In this document: positions 40,781-49,300 of the stretch, piece after piece | Position numbering within the stretch: the stretch's first letter is position 1 | How the letters are laid out: each line of letters begins with the position of its first letter | The notes under the pieces: generated by a model | What the model saw: the letters and a program-made list of their open reading frames with translations, nothing else | The model's database searches: none | What the model was told of the DNA's origin: nothing | Source of the DNA: Pelagomonas calceolata | Lineage: Eukaryota | Direction of reading: 5' to 3' | Length of the DNA: 64,000 bases | Assembly: GCA_918797485.1 (NCBI GenBank) | Contig: CAKKNE010000005.1 | Span: 2,728,001-2,792,000, forward strand | Program-made: the position numbers and the translations under genes

Positions 40781-41193
40781 GTTTCCTCGTCGCGCGGCGC
40801 CGCCTGCGGGCGCGAGCGCTCCCGGGGCTTTTCTTTGACGTTTGTTTTCGCTGTGCGCTCGCCGCGCTCGCCGCGCGACGGCGCCTTGAGCTCAGCGACA
40901 GCGCTTCGCGCCTGCGGGTCGCGGAGACCGGAGAGCAGCAGGTTGGGCTGTGAGAGCCTTGTTTGGCCCAGGCAGAGCTACCTGCGGGCGCAGCCTTCGC
41001 ACAGCTGGCTCAATCCGACTCGTGCGTGTCCTTCGCTGTCTCCACACGTCCCTGCGTGCGAGAGCGCTCGTATAACCAGGCAGCGGCGACACGAGGCGCG
41101 GAGGAGCTCCACGACGAGCCGCGAAATCGATCCGTCCGTGCGCGACAAAAGGGGTTCCTGGAGGCCTGGTTGGCGGAGCAAAGAGTCCCAGCG

Positions 41194-41215
41194 TTAGCGT
41201 AAAGTAAGATACTAG
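41194..41215 (-). promoter_or_regulatory. Degenerate CTAG element
   Basis: Reverse complement is CTAGTATCTTACTTTACGCTAA; between divergent genes. Confidence 0.55.
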
Positions 41216-41394
41216 CAATAGCAGGCAAGCAGAGTGCATCGCAAATTTGGGCATCAAAGCGGTGCGTAAAAGCTGCATCCTTGCGCGTTTGCGACGCACG
41301 GATAACACCTGCAACTCCAGCGATTTTGGACCGCATTCATTCACTGTACAGAGAAAGCAGTGCTTGCCGCAAGTGCAGTGCAGAATTAACAACA

Positions 41395-42867
41395 ATGCGC
41401 AACCTACTCGCCATCATCGCAAGTGCAAAGGCATTATCCATCGGCATCGATTTGGGAACGAGCACGAGCTGCTGCGCCGTCTACCGCAACGGCGCGCCCG
41501 AGCTCGTGCCGAGACGCGTCGACGGCAAGCTCCTGACGCCGTCGGTCTGCGTCGTCTCTTCTGATTCTATAAGGCTCGCAGAACCGCTCACTACACTAAA
41601 TGACAACGAAGTTTTAGTAACGAGCTGGAAGCGCGCCATTGGATTGGATAAGGCCACAGCAGCATGGCGCGTCGAAGAGCCCACGAAAAAGCGACTACGA
41701 TTAGATGATGGTTCAACAGACGAAGATAGCTACGTCGGCGTCATGACAACAGTCGGACGCGTCAAGCCCGTCGACTTGTCATCATGTGTCCTGGATTCAT
41801 TGCTAACGGACTGCGAGACTTTCCTAGGAGAACGCCCGAAGAACGCTGTGATAGGTGTGCCCGCGTGTTTTTTACCTTCACAGAGAAGAGCGACGGAGGC
41901 GGCAGCATACAAAGCTGGTTTACAAAAGGTACAAATTGCGAATGAACCCGAATTAGCGGCGCGCGCGCACGGCACATCCCAAAAAAATGATGAGAGGCTG
42001 GCCATGGTCTTCGATCTGGGCGGGGGCACGCTCGACGTGTCTTTAGTTGATGTGGGCGGGCGCACCGCAGAAGTCATTTCCACTGCTGGTGATTTGAACC
42101 TCGGGGGCGATGACTTTACGAGGGCGGTTATCGATGTGGACCCGTCTTTGACTATATCTGAGGCCGAGCGCGTGAAGATCGAGCTCACTACGCAGAAAAA
42201 TACGGATACTGTGACTCGCTCGGACCTAGAAAAGGCCTCCTCCATACTCTTAGAAAGATGCTGTGATGCGGCGCGCGAGGCGTGCGTGCTGGGCGACGCG
42301 CGTTTGGAAGGAGACGAGCTTTCCGACGAGGCGCCTCCCGCAAGTACGCGGGCGAAGCGCCGCAAGCAGGCGAAGCAGTCGCAGCGGGCTCTGGACGACC
42401 TCCGAAAGGCGGCGCCGAACATCAAGATCGTCCCGCAGCAGGGGTCGCGCACCGTCGACGATTTGGTGCTGGTGGGGGCCGCCACCAAGATGCCCTGCGT
42501 CCAGAAGTGTTTGTCGAAATTGACGGGCGTGCCTTATCGGAAAGCGGTCGATCCCGATAGAGCGGTGGCGTTCGGCGCCGCGCTGCAAGCTAGAGCGAAC
42601 GACGGTGAAGTTGCGGCCGAGGACGACTTCGTGGTCGTCGGCGCGTTCCAGGCTGAAGTATTAAGGCACTTCGCCCAGGCCAATTCTGTTGATGACGAGG
42701 ACCTCGGGGCCCTCGAGGACGAGGACGATGATTTCGAGGCCTACCTCGAGGACCTGGACGAGGTCGACGATGAGGAGTTCGAGCGGTTGTTGGCACTGGC
42801 TGAGGAGGGCGAGGAGGAGGAGTTCGTGGACATCGACGGCGAGGAATTCGACAAGCTAGGTCTGTAG
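41395..42867 (+). CDS. Atypical Hsp70: nucleotide-binding domain only plus acidic tail
   Basis: GIDLGTS, IANEPE.AA, VFDLGGGTLDVS, LGGDDF, DPDRAVAFGAALQA. No substrate-binding domain. Confidence 0.85.
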   Translation: MRNLLAIIASAKALSIGIDLGTSTSCCAVYRNGAPELVPRRVDGKLLTPSVCVVSSDSIRLAEPLTTLNDNEVLVTSWKRAIGLDKATAAWRVEEPTKKRLRLDDGSTDEDSYVGVMTTVGRVKPVDLSSCVLDSLLTDCETFLGERPKNAVIGVPACFLPSQRRATEAAAYKAGLQKVQIANEPELAARAHGTSQKNDERLAMVFDLGGGTLDVSLVDVGGRTAEVISTAGDLNLGGDDFTRAVIDVDPSLTISEAERVKIELTTQKNTDTVTRSDLEKASSILLERCCDAAREACVLGDARLEGDELSDEAPPASTRAKRRKQAKQSQRALDDLRKAAPNIKIVPQQGSRTVDDLVLVGAATKMPCVQKCLSKLTGVPYRKAVDPDRAVAFGAALQARANDGEVAAEDDFVVVGAFQAEVLRHFAQANSVDDEDLGALEDEDDDFEAYLEDLDEVDDEEFERLLALAEEGEEEEFVDIDGEEFDKLGL

Positions 42868-42971
42868 CGCCTACATCTCGTCGATGGCGTGGACGGGAAG
42901 GACGCCGTCGACGCGATTCTCCGAGCGTCAACGCGAGTGTAATGTTGTGAACTTCTTAGGCAGCGACTAGC

Positions 42972-43898
42972 TCACAAGTCCACGTCGACCGTGAACTTCG
43001 GCTGCAGCCGGAACAGGGGGATCTCGTCGCCGTCCATCCCGCCGCCGTTCGGGTCCCGGTCGTCCGCGTAGCCGAAAAGTAGCGAGTGCGGCCCCATGGC
43101 ATACGAGCAGTAGCCCTGCAAATTGCCCAGGCCCACCGGTCGCAACATACCGACCAGCTGCACCGCCACGTTCACGGCCTTCGGCACGAGCGAAGGCGCC
43201 TTGCCCTTCGCGGCGTCCTGGCGCGCGGCCCGTTGTGCTGCTTTCGCTGCTTTCTCGGCCCGTTTGCGCTCGCCCCGAGTTGCCACTAACTGCGCAGCCG
43301 GCGACGCCTCGAAATCCGAGGCCAATTGCCGAGCGGCGTCCAGGAAGGCGGTGCGCTCGTCGACGCCTTCCAGCTTCAAGGCGTCGACGCGGCACCGCGC
43401 CGCGTCGCCATCGAAGTCGTGCTCGGCTTTCCTCAGCTCCGCGTCGAAGGCGTCGGCGTCCGCGGAGCCGGCTTTGGCGTAGACCCTACCAAGAGCAGCT
43501 TTCAGCTGGCGCAACCTTCGTTCCGCCGCGCCCTGCAGTTGATCTAAGTGGGCAGAACCGACCTCGCTCTGGAGGTAGGCGGCTAGCGCGGCCCGGCTTT
43601 TTACTCTATCCTCAGACTGCCAGTGTGTTCTAGTTGCGGCGTCGAACTCCCTCAAAGCATCTTCTACTAGCGAAGACGCCTCGGCGGACCAGCCCTTCGG
43701 GCAGAGGCGGCCGTCGTCCACATCTAGCCGCCACCGCGCGATTTTGGGGGCCGCCTTGCCCTTGGCCGCGGCCAGCGCGGCCGCGCAGGCGTGCGTTGCC
43801 CTCGCGTCGTCGGCGCCGCCCCGTACTCTCAGCGGAGCAGACCGGCTTGCAGTGTTAATGGCATTGGCCAGCGCCAGGACGGCGAGGCATCGCAGCAT
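42972..43898 (-). CDS. Hypothetical protein with signal peptide
   Basis: 308-aa ORF starting MLRCLAVLALANA; helical body. Confidence 0.6.
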   Translation of the reverse strand: MLRCLAVLALANAINTASRSAPLRVRGGADDARATHACAAALAAAKGKAAPKIARWRLDVDDGRLCPKGWSAEASSLVEDALREFDAATRTHWQSEDRVKSRAALAAYLQSEVGSAHLDQLQGAAERRLRQLKAALGRVYAKAGSADADAFDAELRKAEHDFDGDAARCRVDALKLEGVDERTAFLDAARQLASDFEASPAAQLVATRGERKRAEKAAKAAQRAARQDAAKGKAPSLVPKAVNVAVQLVGMLRPVGLGNLQGYCSYAMGPHSLLFGYADDRDPNGGGMDGDEIPLFRLQPKFTVDVDL

Positions 43899-44250
43899 CG
43901 TTTATTATGCTTGCAGCGAGACACGACCAGGGCTCGTGAGCTTCGTTGGTGCGGCAGTCGCGCACTGCGGCGACCTCAATCCGCGAGGCGCCGCCGCTAA
44001 AATTGCTAAATGTTTAGGCTTTTTTAAGGAAAGGTCCCGTGGTGCCGTTTACGAGCGTGAGGAAGTCTCGCAGGACGCATTGCGGGAGATGCGCGGCCGT
44101 GAGGGTGCTTGCTTTTTGGTGTGTGAGTGCAACAAGCATTAACGCGCGAGGGCAAAATCAGACCTTCAGGCGCCGTGGTTGTAACGCCCAGTTGGCCACC
44201 TTGAAGCGCTGAACTCGAGACGAACTCGCGAGCGTTAGGTGTAACGCCAG

Positions 44251-46289
44251 GGGCTCTGCTTCCTCGAGCTGGTCGTGAAGCTCGGCGCCTACGGCATCGA
44301 CTACTTCGCGGACGGCTGGAACCGGCTGGACTTCCTCGTCGTTCGCCGTGCAGAAATCAAAGCTCTCGCGATGGCGCGGAGATGCTCACCGGTCAATTTT
44401 CGACACAGGTCGTGTGCGAGGGCATCTACACGTACATCATCGCGCGGCTGGCCTTCGGTTGCGGCAAAAACCTCGTCCAGGTCCTGGCGGTGCTGCGCCT
44501 CCTCCGGATCCTCAAGCCGCTGCGGAAGATTCCGTACCTGCGGGAGACGCGCCTCCTGGTCTCGGCGCTGCTCGACTCGGCCCGGAAGGTCGTGATCGGG
44601 TGCGTCGTTATCTCCATGTTCATCTACTTCTTCGCCGTCGTCGGCAACGCGCGCGTGGCGGCGTACCAGTCACTCTGTCGTCGCGACGTCTCTCCACCGG
44701 TCGATTCTCGATTCGGGCGCAGGTACCTGGCCGAGAAGCTCGACAAGCGCTGCGTGCAGTCGCCCTTCCTGGAGAGCGCGTTCAAGGGAAATGACTTGAA
44801 CAACTTCGGTCAAGGCGTCACGTACAACACCGACACGTCCCGCCGCGCCCTGCGGGAAGCGTGGCGGGGGTTTCCCGAGGCCTGGAAGATCACGAACCGG
44901 GATATCTGCGGAAGTTGCGACACGTGCCGGTCGTGCCGGGGCTCGTATATGGCGAACACCACACAAAAATCGAATCTGGGGCCCCCCGGGACGCCCTACA
45001 AGGTGACGGAGTACTGCATCGACGTCGGCTACTCGATCGACGGCAACAAGTTCAAGTTCAACACCGTGGGGTGGGCGACGCTCGCGGTCTTCGACCTGAT
45101 GCAGCTCTACGGCTGGGACGACCCGCTCTGGTCCTCGCAGGACGGGGCCGGCGCGTCGGTCTGGATCTACTACTATTTGTTAGTTGGCGTGCTAGCCTTC
45201 ATGGCGCTGAACATCTTCCCGGCGATCGTCTCGTTCGAGCTGCGCAAGGGCATCCGCGAGGATGAAAAAAGACGCGCCGGCGCGGTCAAGAAGCGGCGCG
45301 AGGCGAGCCGCGAGGAGCTGGGCCTGACGCAGCTCGAGGACACGGTCGTCGACGTCCTGGCCGCGCAGCGCGACGACGTGGCTGAAATAGATAGGACGCT
45401 CAACGGGGGCGTCTCAAGTGAAAGTGGAGACGCCCACCCGGACGGCTACTACCGCGCCATGTGGCAGCGCATCTGCGACCCGCCGCTGGGCTGGTTCCAG
45501 CTCGCGTCCTACCTCGTCATCGTCTGCCAGGTCATCCTCCTCGCGTGCGAGACGCCGAACATGGCCCCGTGGCGGCGGGGGCTCCTCGACGGCTTCACGA
45601 TCTTCTTCCAGATCCTCTGGGCCGGCGAGCTCGCGCTGCGCCTGTTCGCCTACGGCCTCAAGTTCTTCCGGGACCCCTTCAACACCTACGACCTCGTCCT
45701 GTTCACGCTGCTGCTCGCGGGCGACTTCGCGCGCCTGGGGGCGGGCGACAACCGCTCGGCCGCCTGGTACGAGGTCATCACCATCACGATCGTGCTGCGC
45801 CTGGTCAACTTCGCGCGGGTCGGTAGGTTAAGACGCCTCACGACGCCGCAGATGGACCTGCCGCGCATCGTCGCCATCGTCACGACGTCGTGGCGCTGGC
45901 TCTACAACGCGCTCTTCCTCCTCGTGTTCCTCATGTACTTTTTCGCCGTCCTCGGCATGACCCTCTTCCGCGGGCGGGTCTACTCCTTGCGGGGCGAGGC
46001 GCAGCTCTTCTGGTACTCTCGCAACCGCGCGTACCGCACGGTCGTCGACGACACCGACGGCGGGACCATCGCGCCTGACTTTTTCCCGTACGAATGGAGC
46101 AAGACGTGCGACCCGCCCATGAACTGCCGCGGACGGTTCAACTTCGATTCGTTCGGCATGGCCTTCCTGACGGTCTTCGTCGTGGTGACCCAGGACCACT
46201 GGAACAACGTCATGTACGAGGCGGCGCAAGCACCGGCACCTCGGGGGTTCGCGCGGCCGGGAGATCTGCCTTCCGGAGGCGTGGTTTAG
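44251..46289 (+). pseudogene. Fragment of a multi-domain voltage-gated Ca/Na-type channel (part of two repeats), introns 44338-44408 and 44651-44722
   Basis: YFADGWNRLDFL, S4 LRLLRILKPLRKI, pore FNTVGWATLAVFDLMQLYGWDD, second pore NFDSFGMAFLTVFVVVTQDHWNNVMY. No start codon and no second S6. Confidence 0.75.
44338..44408 (+). mobile_element. Introner-type intron
   Basis: TSD GTCGTTCG/GTCGTGTG; CCGTGCAGAAATCAA...TCAATTTTCGACACAG; removal joins LDFL|VVCEG. Confidence 0.8.
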
Positions 46290-46364
46290 AGTAATACTGG
46301 ATAAATCAGCCCTTCGCACGACAGGGACTAATGTACCCGGGCCGCCAGCAGCGGAAAAGCACTA

Positions 46365-49300
46365 CTACCTAAATGTACTCTTAACCTTCGACCGCGGCAG
46401 CGGTTTTGCCGTCTTGAGAGGCGTAAAGAAGACGCCGCCGTCGAGTACGCCGCCGGTGGGCTCCGACCGCTTCTTCGGCCGTTTGAGCTTTGGCAGCGGC
46501 CGCGGCGACGGAATAACATCCGGCGCCTCGGGCGCCGGCGTTGGCGGCGCGGCGGCCTCGGGCGCCTCCAAGAGCGACGCGACGGCCTCGACCGCAAGCA
46601 GTTTTGACGGTCGCGACGCGACGGACGCCTCCAGCAGGGTCGACGGCGCCTCCAGCAGCGACGGCGCCGGGGCCGGCGCCTCGACCAACGACAACGGTCG
46701 CAAGTTCGGATGGACCTCCGTGGCCTCGTCCGTGAGGTCGATCTTCGACGCAACCCCCGGATCTGAGACGCCGACCTTGTTGTGGCAGACGATGCGGTAC
46801 CAATACAAGCGGTGATTCGTGGGAGGCACATCAGTAATATCGCGCTCGTCGTGTTTAAGAGCTCGCACTTGCGTCCAGTTCGCCTCGGCAATCGGCGCCC
46901 GATTATTTTTACGGAACACCTTGGCGCGCTCCACCCTATACCCCTTGATAGGGGCGCCGTTGTCGTGGGGCGGTACCCACACAATTTTGACGGCAACCGT
47001 ATTTTCTTGGGGTGGCCGCACGGCCGCGCCCATCGCACCGAGTGGGTCCTTCGCCGTCCCGTACGGAGCGATGAGATTCGCGAGGTCCGCAGCGCCCCGG
47101 AACCGCGACGCTCGCACCTTCGGCGGTCGTGGCGGCTCCGGTACGTCCGGTAATGTTCTAAACGACACGCAGCGGGTCTGTAAATTTTCGTCGTCCTCCT
47201 CCGGCGGCAAGCAGCGCGTCGCGCCCTCCTGTGTGTGGAAATCAACCAGTGAGTCGGATGCACGCCATCGCGCAGGCGTCACGTCGAGAAATTTGATTTC
47301 TACACAGCCAGCTACGCCGCGGCCGCAGGCCCGGACCATCCGTCGTCGCGTCCGAGGTGTCATCTTGAGGATAGCCAGGTACGTCGTCGCTGGTTTCAAA
47401 TCATCGATGCGCGCCGCGAGAGGATCCTCCTTGTCTTCGATAATAGGATACTCTACGCCCGGCTCGTCGTCCTCCAAAGGACCGAGTTCGAAGTACAGCA
47501 CGTGGGGGCACGTCGAGTCGTCGACGGGCGGGTCGGAGCCCTTCCACCCCATGATGGACATGGGCTCGGCCTTCGTTTGTGATAAAGGGTCGTCGCTTCG
47601 CCCTTTTGTGGCTTGCGCAGCTCTCTCGCCGACCTTTCGCAGCACATGTCCTAAGCCAAGCACCGCATACCGCGCCCCAAACTGCATCGTTTCTAACGGC
47701 GGCGGAGGCGGCGGCAGGGGCTTGGGTCGTCTCGCCTCCTCCGCAGCCAAGGCAGCCTTCGCCGCGGCGTCCGCTCTGAGTTCATCATCGGCTAAGACGT
47801 CGGCCTGGCGCCAGATCTCCTTGATGACGGCGCGCGTCTGGCGCCCGCGCGCGACGCTCGCGATTTTCGTCGAGGCGTCCACGCGGGCTGGCAACGCTTT
47901 CGTTTTTGTTTCGTGGAACGCCGCGTACAACACGACCGCTAGTATAAAGGCCTGCCGATCTCGTTCCTCGTGGGCCTCGGGGTGGACCTTGTTCGCATCA
48001 TCATCACTATCGGAATCTGACGACGAGGAATCCTCCTTCTTCTGCTTGGGTGGTGGACGCATCTTCTCCGCCAAGATCACGGTCTCCGTGAGTACATCTT
48101 TCAGAGCCTCGCTGCGCGTGACCGCCGCCACGCCCAACGCTTGTCTACAAGACGCCTCGTCGTCCAACGTGCCCTTGGCACTTAATCTCTTGATACCTCT
48201 CTCAGCATTTTCCGCTGCGCGTTGCATCGCAAAGTGCAGCTTCTTACCTGATACATTCTTGTCCACGAGACACTGGCCCAGCGGCTCGCAGTACCTCAGG
48301 GCCGCATGATCCAACCAGACGAGGTCGACGGCCGCCGCGGCCGCTAAGGCGTAATTTTCTAATTTCCGTTCGGCGTAGTTGTCGGTGATGGCCTTCCTCA
48401 AACGCCGTCGACGGTCGTCCCGTGTCCGTCGCGCCTCCTCAATTTGTTGAGTCAACCGCAGCGTTTCCGAGGGCGGGATCACCTGGCGGCCCATTATCGA
48501 CTTCCGGTCGTCTTTTTTATTATCCACAACCTCCTCCTCCACCTCTTCTTCCTCCTCCTCCTCTTCAACGGCTTCCCCGGCCTTGGCAGCAGCTAATTTA
48601 CGGTGCCTAGCTCGCCTATTGCGAGCCCTTTCCGCCGCCGCCCGTTCCTTGTCCCGTTGCAGCTTGAGCTGGTACCACCCGTCTCGATTAACAAGTGACA
48701 AGGCCTCGCAGTCCACGGCCCGTCGACAGGCCAATTTCGCCCACTTGACGACATCATCAACAGGCCAAAAATTCATCAGCGCTGCTCGCCGCGCAATCTT
48801 GATCTTCCTTCTATATTCTCGCACCCGCAGCCTCCGTTCTCGACGTCTATCTATTCTTCTTCTTCGAACCCCAGGTAGGTTGTCGTACCACTTTTTACGA
48901 TTCGCTTTTTCCACGCGGGCCAGCGCCCGCTTCCAGCCTTGTAATGCCTCCGGTGACAATGATGCTTCGAACTCCGCTCTTCTACGCTTCATGCGTTGCG
49001 CTTCGGTCAATTCCGACTCCTCTAGGTCGCCGCCGTCATCCTCACCAGTAGCTCTCGAAGTGAAGCGCGCCGCCAGCAGAGCCGAGATGAGCTTGACCTT
49101 CGGCTTCTGCACGACTTCGGGCGTGTTCTCCGGATCTTGTTTCCGGAGTTCCTCCTCCTCGCGCCGTTTCTGGGCCTCCTCCTCCGCCACACGCAACCTT
49201 TCCTTCTCGGCCTCCTCCCTGTCGATGCGCCCGGCGAGCGGTAAAGCTTCCTCCTCGTAGCCTCCCGTACCCAAATCTAATAACTGCGCGATCTTCGGTC

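Noticed and set aside
42868..42945. Introner-like words (TCGATGGCGTGGA, GACGCCGTCGACGCG) after the Hsp70-like stop
   Set aside because: No TIR, TSD or usable splice pair is visible; at most a decayed remnant.
46819..48309. Long antisense and overlapping ORFs (also 13770-14717, 14091-15404 and many others)
   Set aside because: Shadow frames of GC-rich coding sequence with no recognisable motifs.
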